Assembly (NCBI RefSeq): GCF_006345805.1
Contig: NC_043024.1
Span: forward strand, 434,001-498,000
Length of the DNA: 64,000 bases
Direction: 5' to 3'
Source of the DNA: Octopus sinensis
Lineage: Eukaryota
The first letter of the stretch is position 1, and every line of letters begins with the position of its first letter. Under the pieces are notes generated by a model. That model was not told the origin of the DNA. It ran no database searches and saw only the letters and a list, made by a program, of their open reading frames with translations. Position numbers and translations under genes: made by a program. Positions 24,446-38,273 of the stretch are shown piece after piece.

Positions 24446-25814
24446 CTGAGGAGGGATACAGAAACAAAAAAAGACATAAAAGACTTCATTGTTGACTTCA
24501 TAAGAATTTATAAAACTTAATAACATTTTAATTACAAGAAAATTGCAGTAAAGCTGCATGAAAATTGTGTCAGACATGACATGTAGACCATCATACAACT
24601 TGTCTTATCCTTCTCTTCCATTTTGAGATGTGCATTGGACTTTTATTCTTCTCTTCTGTTTTACAAATTCAGTGTGCACATGCACATTGAGGGTTCATTC
24701 TTCTTTTTCATGTTCCTACTCAAAACTGTTTCCAGATCAAAACCTTCTGACAAACTGCATTCGTGAGGAGTGCTTCGTACTCTGATGGTTTTGAAATAAG
24801 CATTTTAGAGAGGAAAAAATTGTAGTTTTCCTGAATTTGAAGTAAAATTTCAAAAATATTTTCAGTGCAGCTTCCCAATCATATGGTTCTGAATTCAGTT
24901 CTGCTAGGTGGCACCTTAGGCAAGTGTCTTCTTCAACAGCCCTGGGTAAACCAAAGCTCATTACATGGAACTGGTAGATGGAAACTACAAGAAGCTTCTT
25001 ATATGTGTGTGTGTGTGTGGTTGTGTCTGTGTCCCATGATCACTTGACAACCAGTGTTGGTTTGTTTACAACACTGTAACTTATTGGTTCAGCAAAAGAG
25101 AGAACAATAAAAGAAGAACTTAATTGTTGAAGTCATAAGAATTTATAAACTTTCAAAAGATGGAATAATTCATTTTTGGAACAGGATCTCGAAGTACATA
25201 TAAAGCTATAAATAATAGCATTATGTGTGGATAAAAATATAATGATGCACAAATAATAATATAGTTGGCTCCATTATTATACACTTATTATTATGTGCAT
25301 CATCATCATTTAAAGCCCATCATCAATGCTGGCATGTGATGGACGGTTTGACCAGAGTTGGCAAACTGAGGAGCTGCACCAGACTCCAATCTGTTCTGGA
25401 ATGGTTTCTATGGCTGGATGCCGTTTCTAACGCTAACCACTTTACAGAGTGTGCTGGATGCTTGTACAGGGCACCACACAGATACTTTTATGTAGCACTG
25501 CACAGGTGTATGCCACACGGGCACTTTTACACGGCACTGCCATGGGTACTTTACACTACTGGCAGGATCAGTCTTAACACTTCTGCTGCAGGGTATGAGA
25601 TGGAAAAGAATGCCGCAATCAAGACAGAACTGGAAGTGCATTGTGACCAGCAGTGTATAACAGCATCTGATAGTCTGGTCAATACTGTGATGTGTGTGTG
25701 TTTTATTGTTGGAATACCTTTGATTAGAGGGTTGCTCAACCAACCGATACCCAAACATATTCCAACAACAGCAACTCTTCTTCATTAAAACAAAATTATG
25801 AACAACAAACATAC

Positions 25815-26044
25815 TTTGTAAAAATTCCTCCTGCAAGTCCAAAACAGCTATCGTTGGCTCGCCTGACAACTTCTTCTTCAGAGTCAAAGACCAATAATGA
25901 TAAAACGGCACCAAACACTTCTTCTTTGACTACAGTCATGTCGTCTTTGAGGTTTGTTAGTATGCAGGGTTTGATGAAGTTACCCTTTTGAAACTTTGGG
26001 TCCTCTAGAGTAATTCTGCCTCCACCATATGCTACCGTGGCACC
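25815..26044 (-). CDS. ALDH9A1: ALDH9A1-like coding exon 8
   Basis: GATVAYGGGRITLEDPKFQKGNFIKPCILTNLKDDMTVVKEEVFGAVLSLLVFDSEEEVVRRANDSCFGLAGGIFT(K) with an EEVFG motif; 230 nt; AA|GTATGT donor. Confidence 0.94.
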
Positions 26045-27276
26045 CTAGAAATAAAATACATTTATACAGACAGGTAAATAAATAGCAATATCAGTCTTTT
26101 TGAGTGTTGATTGTGGTCACAACTCATTAAAAAACTAAAACTGGCTCTTCATCGGTTATAACGATGAGAGTTCCAGTTAGTCCTATCAACAGCCTGCTTG
26201 TGAAATTAATGTGTAAGTGGCTGAGTATTCCATAGACATGTGTAGCCTTCACATAATTCTTAGAGAGATTTAGCATGACACAGAATGTGACAATTACAAA
26301 TACAACTCATTTTTGCCAGCCGACAGGACAGTAGCAACATGAAATAAAGAGTCTTGCTCAAGGAAACAAATGTACCATCAGGAATCAAACTCACGACCTT
26401 GTGATTGTCAGCTGAATACCCTAACCACTGAGCCATGCCCCTTCACTACTCATTAAATTAGAAATGTAACTAAATGAGACTTCCACTGAAATTTGTACTT
26501 ATAACATACAGTTGTAGCTAAAAGTTTGGGACATTTTTTTTAAAATTTAAAATGTTATAGCCACCATATTACAGTAAGTAGTAACAATATATTACAAATC
26601 AAATATAAAATTGGGCATTTAATATAAAAATTCTAAGTTTCAGACCTAAGTTCCAAACTTTTGGCCAAGTAACAATATATTCAGACTCAACATCATACTG
26701 TATATCAGTTGCTTTCAACCATTTTTTTTTTGCCTATTTCTGACAATTATATGGAATGGTCTTGACTGGATTGTCTTTGCTCAAGACAATCAATGTCTGC
26801 TCAAACAGAGCATGAAATCTCAAAGCTACAAGATAATGCATGGTTAATTTAAGACAATGGGAATAAATAAGGATTACATTTGAGAGAGTAATCTGAATGC
26901 TGGAGGGTTAAGGGGGAAGTAATAGATTATTAGAGATGTGGGTAAAAGTGAAAGTAGCAAGAGAGGAACAAGAGTGGAGGTGCAATTGATGGGGAATGCC
27001 AGTATGGAGAGTGGTGTAGTAAGGAGAGAGAGAGAGAGACAGAAGTGGTGCAGGAAGGAGAATAGATTGGAAAGTAGGGGGAATGACGTGGTAGGTGAAG
27101 AAGCAGGGCAGCAGGGCCCAGAGGTACATAAGGAGTAGGTTATGAATGGTGGAATGGGATGAGAGATATGAGAGTGTATTGAGAATGATATGAGCAGTGG
27201 ATCAGGAGGGGCTGGAAAGTGGGACAGTTTCTTAAGAGTGTGAGGGGAGAGTAAAAAAGACTAAATGAAGGCTCAC

Positions 27277-27465
27277 CTCTTTTTTGGCTATTTCTATAAA
27301 GTGTAAGGTTTTCTCAGCCTGTTCTTTGCTAATCGAGGCACCAATAGTTGTGTCTTCCCTCATGGGGTCTCCAGCTTTCATCTTACTTGTCTTTGCAATC
27401 AGCTCTTCCAAAAATTTCTCAGCAATCCGCTTTTCCACAAACACCCTGGTTCCATTGGAACAGAC
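27277..27465 (-). CDS. ALDH9A1: ALDH9A1-like coding exon 7
   Basis: VCSNGTRVFVEKRIAEKFLEELIAKTSKMKAGDPMREDTTIGASISKEQAEKTLHFIEIAKKE with the catalytic Cys (GQ|VCSNG); 189 nt. Confidence 0.95.
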
Positions 27466-27927
27466 CTAATTGGAGAGGATATTTCAAAACAGTTTTTTTA
27501 AGGAGGCCACAAAAAAAGTAAAACATAAGTCAGTTTGTCTTATTTATAGAAGGAATACTGTTGGGAGCCACTGGGGGGGGGGAACCTTCATGGCCAAGGA
27601 ATATAGAGGACACGTTTCTATGCATGCAAAGCAACAATCAAAATGAAGACGAATATAAACAATATACGTAACATAAATTCCTCATCTTACTCATACAGAA
27701 TTGCATGTTCTTCTTTCTCTGGTTACCAAAGCAATGGTTGGAATATTCCCATACAATCGTCACTTTGTAGAATATTGCTGCCAAGAAAAATTGAAACTGC
27801 ACAATGGAAGCATATGTATCTACCATCAAGATTCTTTCACAACTCTTATACCTGATTAAAACCATAAAGCCAAGACTCACGTAAACCAAATTCATATGAA
27901 CACAAACTCGCAAGTATCCTGAACTTA

Positions 27928-28104
<177 letters not shown>

Positions 28105-28168
28105 TTAGTTAGAAATAACATCAATAAATATCTATGACAAGGATTGAAACTATGATGTTTGCTCTTAC

Positions 28169-28276
28169 CTTTGCACAGGCCTCCATGATTTTCGTCCCAG
28201 TTGGTACACTGCCAGTAAAAGTCATCTTGTCAATGTTGCTATGGTTACTGAGTAACTGACCAGTTGCTGCTGCACC
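28169..28276 (-). CDS. ALDH9A1: ALDH9A1-like coding exon 5
   Basis: GAAATGQLLSNHSNIDKMTFTGSVPTGTKIMEACAK with the NAD-binding FTGS motif; 108 nt; AAG|GTAAGA donor. Confidence 0.94.
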
Positions 28277-30296
28277 CTGTTGAGGAAAAAAGACAGATAA
28301 GGGACGTTTTTCAGATCATCATCATCATCTGCATTATTAATGTCATCATGTGTATTTGTATATATGCATGTGTGTGTGAACATGTATGCGCATGTGTACA
28401 TACATCTGTGTGTGTGTGTATACACACACACACATACTGTGGTGGGCATGGTTCCACTAATCCGCTAACAGCTAATTAGTGAAGCTAACTTTTTGTTTAG
28501 TAGATTAGCATTTTCTCCAACTTTGGAAACTGTTAGCTGACCAATTGCTTCCATTAAATTTAGTTCCACTAACTTTAAGTCCGCAAACAAAATTCATACA
28601 TTTGTTCCTGTCTGTTGTGGGCGTGTCCCAAAGGGTCTGTCAGGCACACGATTGGCTGACCATGTGGACATGTGACAAAACGTGATTGGCTGACACAGCT
28701 GCAGCATTGTGTAATTCTGCAGTTTTGAGTTGTGTTCTCTTGCGACATCGTCACATAACAGACAGTTTTACAGCATCAGTGACAGCAGTGGACGTTATCG
28801 CTTATCATTACTGAAGGTGAAGACATTTTTGTTTGGCCTCAGGATGAAGGGCTTGTTGAAGAGTCTGCAACAGCTGTGGGTGATGAAGAGGTCATGTGTG
28901 TGTGTGTGTGTATATTATATATATATTATATATATATATATATGTATAAGGGTGAAAAGGAACACACGAGTTGATATATATGAAAAAACAAGTCAAAAAT
29001 AGAAAATGCTAAAATAATTTTATAGTGAACATTTCAGTACCGGTTTCGGTCATTTTGAGACCTTTTCAACTGTAACGATTAAATAATTAAATTTAGAAAA
29101 ATTAGAAGAAAAGTTTTCTTAAAAGAATATTTCTATAGTAGTGTTCAGATTTAAGTGGCATTCTGCCTTTCTCTGACTCCCTTGTTTGCACTTGTGTGTT
29201 CGAGGTAGTTGTGAGTTCTTGGTAGGGTAGTAGAGGGAATATAGAAAAACTCATAGAATTCCAGAAAATTTTAAACGGACTGGACGTAAACATCCAATTC
29301 ACGATGGAATATAGCCAACAACAACTCCCCTTCCTCGATATCCTCATTAAGAAAGCTAATAATATAATAGAAACAGACATATACTATAAGCCTACAGACT
29401 CTAAGCAATATCTTCCATTCAATTCATGCCACCCCAGACACACCAGGATGAATATCCCCTTCAATCTAGCAAAAAGGATATGCACTATAGTCTCTAACGC
29501 AAACACCAGAGACACACGACTACAAGAACTATAAGATACCCTAATCACCAGGAACTATCCACCTTCACTTATTGACAAGTGCATTCAACGTGCCCTTCAA
29601 CTTAACATCAAGGAACTGAGACATCCCAAATCAAAGAAAAACTTACATCTCCACACACAACCCTCTCAATAACGAAGCCTTCGACACTATCCTCCACAAC
29701 ATACCCCTCCTAAAAAAAGACCACAGAATGAACACAATCCTCCAAACACACACGATCATAAAAAGCAAAAGACAGCCTAGATCCATGAAAAGTCTCCTTA
29801 CACAAGCCCGAATTCACTCTTCAACACAGAAGCCGACAGTAAAAAAAATGTGGAAGACCCAATTGCGGGATATGCGACTATCTAATCGAGGGTTCTGAGT
29901 TCTCCTTCAAACAGGGACAACGGTTTACAGTGAAAAGCAACTTCACATGTGCTTCGGAGAACCTAATATACTCACTAACCTGCTCCGGTGTCAAGAGCAG
30001 TACATAGGCCAAACAAAAAATGGTTTGCGTAAACGAATGGCCCTGCACAGATCCCAGATAAAAATTCCCCAAAACAGAAAAATAGCTTTTAGCCAACACA
30101 TAGATACTTGCGCCAACAAAAAAACACCAAACTTCAGAATTTTCCCCCTCTACCAATTTAGGGACGATACAACCTCGAGACAAAGAATAAGTAAAGAAAA
30201 TCTCTTTATTACAAAATACAAGCCACTTCTTAACGGGTCTACGACAAACAATTAATATACCTCAACTTTAGAATAAAAGAAAAAAATATATATACA

Positions 30297-31046
30297 TTCG
30301 CGGGGTTCTCTTCCCCTTCTCTCCCCCTCTTTTTACATTGTCTGTCTGGACTCCTCTCTTCCTACTTCTCTCCATGGCTATGCATACTTAAGCTAGTAAC
30401 CTACCTCATTCTTGATTCCGAATTCCTTTTGCCAAGTCTGTCCGTAAACGAAGTGATCCCAAGATAAGAAATCTTTGAACTTTAATTCACCCCGTATCTC
30501 TATTTATTATTATTTATTATGTATCATTATTCTGAGCCCCCTAGTCGCCACTCTGTTTACTATTTCAGCCTCGCCTCGTTTTTGCATATTCTGTATAATT
30601 CATTAGTTATCGTTATAGATATTTAAGATCTATCTCCCTTACAGGCTGATCGAATTGGCCGCCGATTTCTTCGCGGGGTTCTCTTCCCCTTCTCTCCCCC
30701 TCTTTTTACATTGTCTGTCTGGACTCCTCTCTTCCTACTTCTCTCCATGGCTATGCATACTAAGCTAGTAACCTACCTCATTCTTGATTCCGAATTCCTT
30801 TTGCCAAGTCTGTCCGTAAACGAAGTGATCCCAAGATAAGAATCTTTGAACTTTAATCACCCCGTATCTCTATTTATTATTATTTATTATGTATCATTAT
30901 TCTGAGCCCCCTAGTCGCCACTCTGTTTACTATTTCAGCCTCGCCTCGTTTTTGCATATTCTGTATAATTCATTAGTTATCGTTATAGATATTTAAGATC
31001 TATCTCCCTTACAGGGCTGATCGAATTGGCCGCCGATTCTTCGCGG
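30297..31046 (+). repeat. About 373-bp tandem duplication within the Penelope 3' region
   Basis: Two copies starting ttcgcggggttctcttcccc, differing mainly by single-base indels, followed by an irregular (CCA)n tract at about 31055-31290. Confidence 0.85.
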
Positions 31047-31335
31047 CGCGCCCGCCCTACCCACCCCCTCCACCACCACCACCACCACCACCACCACACC
31101 ACCACCACCACCACCAACCACCACCACCACCACCACCACCACCACCACCACCAACCACCACCACCCACCACCACCACCACCACCACCACCACCACCCCCC
31201 CTCCACCACCCCCCCTCCACCACCACCACCACCACCACCACCACCACCACCACCACCACCACCACCACCCACCACCACCACCACCAATACCGGATATCTC
31301 TATTTTGCTCCAACTATACCGGATGTCGTTTCTCC

Positions 31336-31972
31336 CACCACCATTATAGGTGTCTACTCTTTGAACCCCCCTCTTCAATACGCTATTTCACCATGCATTA
31401 CCCCTCTCTCGATATCCTACGTTCTACTTGCCTAGAACCTGTCCTCTGAACCACCTCTCCCACTGGTGCTCCCCTATATTTCTGCCCCCCCACCACCACC
31501 ATTATAGGTGTCTACTCTTTGAACCCCCCTCTTCAATACGCTATTTCACCATGCATTACCCCTCTTTCGATATCCTACGTTCTACTTGCCTAGAACCTGT
31601 CCTCTGAACCACCCCTCCCACTGGTGCTCCCCTATATTTCTGCACCCCCCCCCCCCACCATTATAGGTGTCTACTCTTTGAACCCCCCTCTTCAATACGC
31701 TATTTCACCATGCATTACCCCTCTCTCGATATCCTACGTTCTACTTGCCTAGAACCTGTCCTCAGAACCACCCCTCCCACTGGTGCTCCGCTATATTTCT
31801 GCACCCCCCCCCACCACCATTATAGGTGTCTACTCTTTGAACCCCCCTCTTCAATACGCTATTTCACCATGCATTACCCCTCTCTCGATTTCCTACGTTC
31901 TACTTGCCTAGAACCTGTCCTCTGAACCACCCCTCCCACTGGTGCTCCCCTATATTTCTGCACCCCCCCCCA
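31336..31972 (+). repeat. Four-copy tandem array, 158-159-bp unit
   Basis: attataggtgtctactctttgaacccccc... recurs at 31343, 31501, 31660 and 31819. Confidence 0.9.
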
Positions 31973-32863
31973 TAAAAAGCACCATCCGAACGTGGCCGAT
32001 GCCAGACCCCTCTGGCACCTGTGCAGGTGGCACGTAAAAAACACCCACTACACTCGCGGAGTGGTTGGCGTTAGGAAGGGCATCCAGCTGTAGAAACACT
32101 GCCAGACTAGACTGGAGCCTGGGGCAGTCCCGAGCTCCCCAGACCCCGGTCGAAACCGTCCAACCCGTGCTAGCGCGGAAAACGGACGTTAAACGATGAT
32201 GATGATGATGATGATGACACAGAAATACTACACTCCATAGAATCCATTACTAATCAGCCCCTTCATAGCTATATTTACACCCATTCATATTCTCCCTTCT
32301 CCGTTTTTTTCTTCTTCTTCTTCTTCATCATCATCGTTATCATCATCATCGGCGTCATCATCATCGCCACCATCATCACCACCATCTTCTCCTTCTCCTC
32401 CTTCTTCTTCTTCATCATCATCGTTATCATCATCATCGTCGTCATAATCATCACCACCATCACCATCATCTTCTCCTTCTCCTTCTCCTTCTTCTTCTTC
32501 TTCTTCTTCTTCTCCACCCCCTACCCCTTAAGTTTGTCACTAATGTTTTTTAGTATAACACCTACGCTAATTCTATAAACAAGCCTGTCAATATAAATAT
32601 TCTCCTGAATTGAACTGAGACTGCCAGCCGCCACTGACCATTCAAAATACGACCATCAGGGCACTCCCAGATTCTCCCACCCCCCTTTCCTCACCAGCCT
32701 TCCCTCTACTACCCTACCAAGAACTCACAACTACCTCCAACACACAAGTGCAAACAAGGGAGTCAGAGAAAGGCAGAATGCCACTTAAATCTGAACACTA
32801 CTATAGAAATATTCTTTTAAGAAAACTTTTCTTCTAATTTTTCTAAATTTAATTATTTAATCG

Positions 32864-32907
32864 TTACAGTTGAAAAGGTCTCAAAATGACCGAAACCGGT
32901 ACTGAAA
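32864..32907 (+). ncRNA. Minimal type I hammerhead ribozyme motif, U3-A8 variant
   Basis: CAG-TTGAAAA-GGTC(TCAAAAT)GACC-GAA-ACCGGT-A-CTG: helix I CAG/CTG, helix II GGTC/GACC, palindromic helix III, GUA cleavage triplet. An identical antisense copy lies at 29032-29075. Confidence 0.7.
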
Positions 32908-33131
32908 TGTTCACTATAAAATTATTTTAGCATTTTCTATTTTTGACTTGTTTTTTCATATATATATATATACGTACATTGTACATACATTTGTGTATAC
33001 GCATGCGTGCGTGTGTCCACATGTCACCAACGCCATTTGGCCAGTGGTGACAATATGTCCTGCAGCACAATATGGAGTACCTTTGATGTTAGGCCACCTG
33101 GGTTGGTATTGAACCTACAACAACAAATTTA

Positions 33132-33446
<315 letters not shown>

Positions 33447-34142
33447 TCAAATTTTAGCACAAGGCCAGCAGTTGGGCGGGGTGGGGGGGGGGTTAAGTCG
33501 ATTACATCAACCCCAGTACTCAACTGGTACTTATTTTATCAACCCCAAAAGGATGAAAGGCAAAGTCAACCATGACTGAATTTAAACTCAGAACGTAAAG
33601 ACAGACAAAATGCCACTATCTGTTAATGATTCTGCCAGCCCACCATCTTCTATATATATATGTGTATATATATATGCAATAAGGGTAACGATAGAGAATA
33701 TGGAGACTGGTACATCCTGAAAATTTATTTCCTTTCCTTTTACTCTGTCATAAGAGCATATTTTCACGGTTACAACAACCCCCACACGTTTCTACTGCAC
33801 AGTGTATGAGCAGTTGCATTTGTAGCTTCACTCAGGGTCTTTCAACCAGATTGGTTTCAAAATGAACTGAATTCAGGTCACTTGTTTTTTACTTCTTTGG
33901 TCTCCATATTCTCTATCGTTATAATTATTACTAATATACACTCCAGAAAATGTGACCATCCAGTGAAGCAAATAGAGAATTACCCACGAGAGGAATTCAC
34001 AGTGTAAGTGACAACTCCTCGAAGTCAGAGACATTAAATACTAATCAATGCAGTGAGCCATAATACCTGGAAAATAACTGAGAGCTACCACAGTATCCTC
34101 CTGGATAATATAACCCTCTAAACTCATATTATTATGTGTATA

Positions 34143-34177
<35 letters not shown>

Positions 34178-34647
34178 CAAATTAAACACATGACTAAAAG
34201 AGCTACTAATAGTTTCATGCCATTATGATACTTAAACAGGTACATTTATACATATGCCATGTATCTTAAAGTAATCTTGTGTGTGTGTGTGTTTGTATGG
34301 TGCTCCAGCATAGCCACAGTCAATTGACTGAAACAAGTAAAAGAATATATAAGATGAGTTCCTTTCAATTTCAGTTTACCAAATTCACTCAAAGCTTTGG
34401 TTGACCTGAGATTATAGTAAAAGACGCTAGCTCAAGATGCCACACAGAGGGACTGAACCTGAAACCATGTGGTTGGGAAGCTAACTTCTTAATCACACAG
34501 CCATGTGCCTGCATCTCATACAAAAATATCAATTTGAAAACATTACTCAATGAATTTCACTGATGCAGACGACCATCACTCTCTTCAAACAGGTTTTATT
34601 GGATTATGTAATTCCCCTCTCGTTTTCTTCCTTGCATAAAGGCTTAC

Positions 34648-34777
34648 CTGCGAGGTTTGCTGCCAGACCCCCAAAATACTCCAGACAATCAATACAGCCA
34701 TCAACATCGGCACGTGCTTCCCATATAGGTTTACCAGAATCCAAAACTTCAATTTGAGAAAACTCCTCTCGTCTTTC
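34648..34777 (-). CDS. ALDH9A1: ALDH9A1-like coding exon 3
   Basis: ERREEFSQIEVLDSGKPIWEARADVDGCIDCLEYFGGLAANLA(G); CCAG acceptor; CAG|GTAAGC donor; 130 nt. Not in the ORF track because it is short. Confidence 0.92.
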
Positions 34778-36042
34778 CTGGTGAATATCAAAATAAAATG
34801 GAGAGTTTAGACTGAGGACATTTAGGGGTGGGTAAGGAAATAAAGGTAGGGAACTGTAGAGGGTATCTTTATTTGTTTGTTTCAGTCATTGGACTGTGGC
34901 CATGCAGGAGCACTGCCTTGAAGGTTTTTACTTGAACAAATTGACTCCAATACGTATTTTTTCAAAGCCTAGTACTTATTCTATAAGTCCCTTTTTCCAA
35001 ACCAGTGTTTCATGGATGTAGACAAACCAACACAGGTTTTCAAGTGGTAAAAACACATAAACACACACACACACACAATGGTCTTTTTGCAGTTTCTGTC
35101 AACCCAATCTGCTCAAAAGGCTTTGGTTAGCCCAGGGCTATAGTAGGAGGCACCTACCCAAGTTGCCACACAGTGGGACTGAACGCAGAACCATGTGGTT
35201 GGAGAGCAAACCACTTACTACACAGCCTCTCCTGCATCTATACACACACACACACACACCATCTTCATCTTTTAACGTCTGTTATTCCATGCTGGGCCTG
35301 ACAGGTTCAAGGACTGCATTGAGCATCAATGTATGATTTGCCTTGGTTCCTACAGCTGGACGAGGCCCTTCCTAATGCCAAACACTTTACAGAGTGTGGA
35401 CTGGGTGTTTTTAATTGACATTGCCTTCAAGCTTGCAAGACTGCAAAGCTCAAGAGAGGCAGCTTTACTCTAGGGAATGAGGGGTTAAAGTATGAGAAGG
35501 GGTCAGAGTAGAACAGGTGTTTTGCTATAGAGGTGCCACATAGTTACTCTCATTTCAGAAAATAGAGGGCAAGTGATCAGGGAAAGGATAAAATAGAAGC
35601 GATAAGACACCTGTTAAGGCAGTGAGCTGGTAGAATCATTAGCATGTCAGGTGAAATGTTTAACAATATTCTGTCTGTCATTACGTTATGAGTTCAAATT
35701 CAATCAAGGTTAACTTTGCTCTTCATCCTTTCAAGGTCAATAAAATAAATACCAGTTGAACTCTGGGGTTGATGTAATCAACTTAACTACTCTTGGGAAT
35801 GAGTATAAAAAGCTGCACCCCTCTGCCAAGCTATGGTGAGCCAGTGTGTCAGAGTAGGCTCATCAAACCAGTATGATCTCAAACTCAACTTCACAGCCTG
35901 CACATTAGGCCGTAGTTGGGTGAAGAGAACATGCTGTTGCCTTCATCCTGCAATAGACTGAACATAGGTAATCCAATCCAAGACATCCATTAAAAAAAAT
36001 GATAGAGTATGAAGAAAGGAAAATGCAAAAGACAAGGGTCAC

Positions 36043-36188
36043 CTTGAGCAACTGAGCAGCTTTGCGCAATATTTTTCCACGTTCAAAACCAGAAAGTTGA
36101 GACCAATGTTGAGCAGCAGACCTGGCACTGTTCACTGCATCATCCACATCTTTGGCACCAGATGAATGGAAAGTCCGTAGAACTTCAC
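36043..36188 (-). CDS. ALDH9A1: ALDH9A1-like coding exon 2
   Basis: TTTCTCTAG acceptor; (G)EVLRTFHSSGAKDVDDAVNSARSAAQHWSQLSGFERGKILRKAAQLLK; donor AAG|GTGACC; 146 nt, phase 1->0. Confidence 0.9.
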
Positions 36189-36241
36189 CTAGAGAAAGAA
36201 AATAAGAATCTTGATTACCAAATAATAAAAGAAACGTTTAA

Positions 36242-36462
36242 CCCTTCAGCATTTGAAGTGACCCCATCCAGCCCAAATATTCTACCAGTGTTATGTTCAA
36301 ACCTGCCAAATTTGGCCTCTCACACATACCCTAGAATGCCATTCTGAAAATAAATAATCGCATTATTGAAACCCTGAAGCAACAGGATAATGCAGGATTC
36401 AATTGAAAATGATGTAAATAAACAAGACTCATGTTTGACAGAATAATCTGAATGCAAAAGGG
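36242..36462. mobile_element. piggyBac-type MITE
   Basis: TTAA|CCCTTCAGC ... GCAAAAGGG|TTAA. Related copies at 56128-56350, about 36490-36670 and about 26750-26907. Confidence 0.6.
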
Positions 36463-38101
36463 TTAAACTGGTCGTAATTGACTCAAATATTCCACTAAAT
36501 ATTCTACATTGAAACCAATCAGAGCTGGCCTCTCACACCTACCCTACAATGCCATTCTAAAAATAAACAATCACATCATCAAAATCTCAAAGCTGAGAAA
36601 TAATCCAGGATTAATTCAAATCAATGTGAACGAGCATTATGTTTGACAGAGTAATTTGGATGCAGAAGGGTCAATAATCCCATTTCCTCACTTTTTACAA
36701 TTAAAGTACAGAAGTACAGACGTGGTTGTATGTGTGGCAGGTATGGCTGTGTGGTGATAATGTTCACTTTACAACGATGGGGTTTCAGGTTCAAACTCCG
36801 TGGGCGAGTCTTCTAATATGCACACATGCATGTGTTTGTGTGTGTGTAAAGGATGAGCAAAATTGGTGCAAAGAACAGAAATAAACACACTTGCAACCAA
36901 GTTATCTTTCTCTAGAGAGAAAGAGAGAGGCAGACACACAGACAGATTTACCATTCATCATTTGATAAGATAAGTACTAAACAAAGGTGAATCCCTTGAT
37001 TAGGGTCTCCCAGATGTAACTGCTGCCCTTTATCCTCTCAGGGTTTGATGACATAAAGAAAGTTATTTGCCTTTTTTTCTGATTCAGTTGTCATCGTCAT
37101 CGTCATCATCAACAACATCATTTTAATGTCTGCTTTATTATGCTTGCAAAGGCCAGGCAGAATCTGCTGAGGCAGATTTTATATGGTCAGTCATCTTTAC
37201 TGTCACCAGCCTTCGGTCCAGGGCTATAGTAGAAGACCCTTGCCTGAAGCATCACACAGTAGGACTGAACCTGAGACCAGAAACTTTGGAAATGAACTTC
37301 TCAAACAAGGGCCATGCCTGCACCTCTTTATTTCACCTGCAATCAGTTGCCATGACGACGCTGACTGTCCATGGTTTGGCTGGAGAAGCTGCCGACAGAC
37401 TGGTCAGTTTTTCAACAGAGTTTTCCACTATTATCTTTTAGCTTTTTCTTTTACCTGTTTGACTGCGACCATGCTGGGGCACCACCTTGACGGGTTTTTA
37501 GTCAAACAAGTCAACCCCAGGATTTATTCTTTGTAAGCCTAGTACTTATTCTATCAGTCTCTTTTGATGAACTGCTAAATTACAGGAACATAAATGCACC
37601 AGCATCAACTGTCAAGCGATAGCAGGGGTGGGGAGACAATCACAGATATATATATATATCTATCTATCTATCTATCTATATATATATATATATATATATA
37701 TGACAGGCTTCTTTCAGTTTCCATGTGCCAAATCCACTCTCAAGGTCATAGAAGACACTTGCCGAAGATGCCACACAATGGGACTGAACTCAGAACCATG
37801 TGGTTAAGAAGCAAGCTTCTTACCATGCAGCCATGCCTGCTCAAAAAATAAATACAAGTGAATCAGCATACAGAGTCACAATACCATGATACAGCTTCAT
37901 GGAAGGTCAAAGAAGGCAACTGCTTAATGGTTACACAATCGGCTAGAAATAGCAGCCAAATCTTCATTAAAAGCAAAACACAATACAATTGTAAATATAC
38001 AAAAAGACAGTATGGTCATGACTGGAATGACTTTGATCATATGTATTCTTGATTAGGGTTGACCTAGGGCTAAATAACAACAAGTTTAAAATGTGACCTA
38101 C

Positions 38102-38273
38102 CAGTTGAAGGGATGACCAATGGCAGAGTTTCTTTGTCTTGGCCTTTCGGCTCAACCCTGGCCCCATTCACAAAATTCAGGCTCTGTTGGACGGCAGCAC
38201 ACTGCTCCTGGGCATATGTAGAGAAGGTTTGGTGCCATTTCTTGGCCACCAACTGGACAACAGATCTTCTCAT
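38102..38273 (-). CDS. ALDH9A1: ALDH9A1-like (TMABA/betaine aldehyde dehydrogenase) coding exon 1 of 9
   Basis: ATG at 38273 encodes MRRSVVQLVAKKWHQTFST...QSLNFVNGARVEPKGQDKETLPLVIPST(G), resembling the ALDH9A1 N-terminal PLNYRGGARVEP motif. Acceptor TTCCAG lies upstream (exon starts 38294); donor G|GTAGGT, phase 1. Confidence 0.85.

Larger units (their letters stand above)
28975..32964 (+). mobile_element. 5'-truncated Penelope-like element with inverted pseudo-LTRs
   Basis: About 265-bp inverted arms at 28975-29238 and 32701-32964, in a (TA)n context. Internal RT C-terminus FTME...LPFLDILI...TDIYYKPT...CHP plus a GIY-YIG region (LIYSLTC..CQEQYIGQT) ending ...FITKYKPLLN at 30255, with stops and frameshifts. 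Confidence 0.85.

Noticed and set aside
30983-31378. Poly-W/V/G/H ORFs
   Set aside because: Translations of an irregular (CCA)n tract, possibly low-quality sequence.
31336-31972. Regular repeat array considered as CRISPR-like
   Set aside because: Units are near-identical along their full length with no unique spacers; eukaryotic context and no cas genes.
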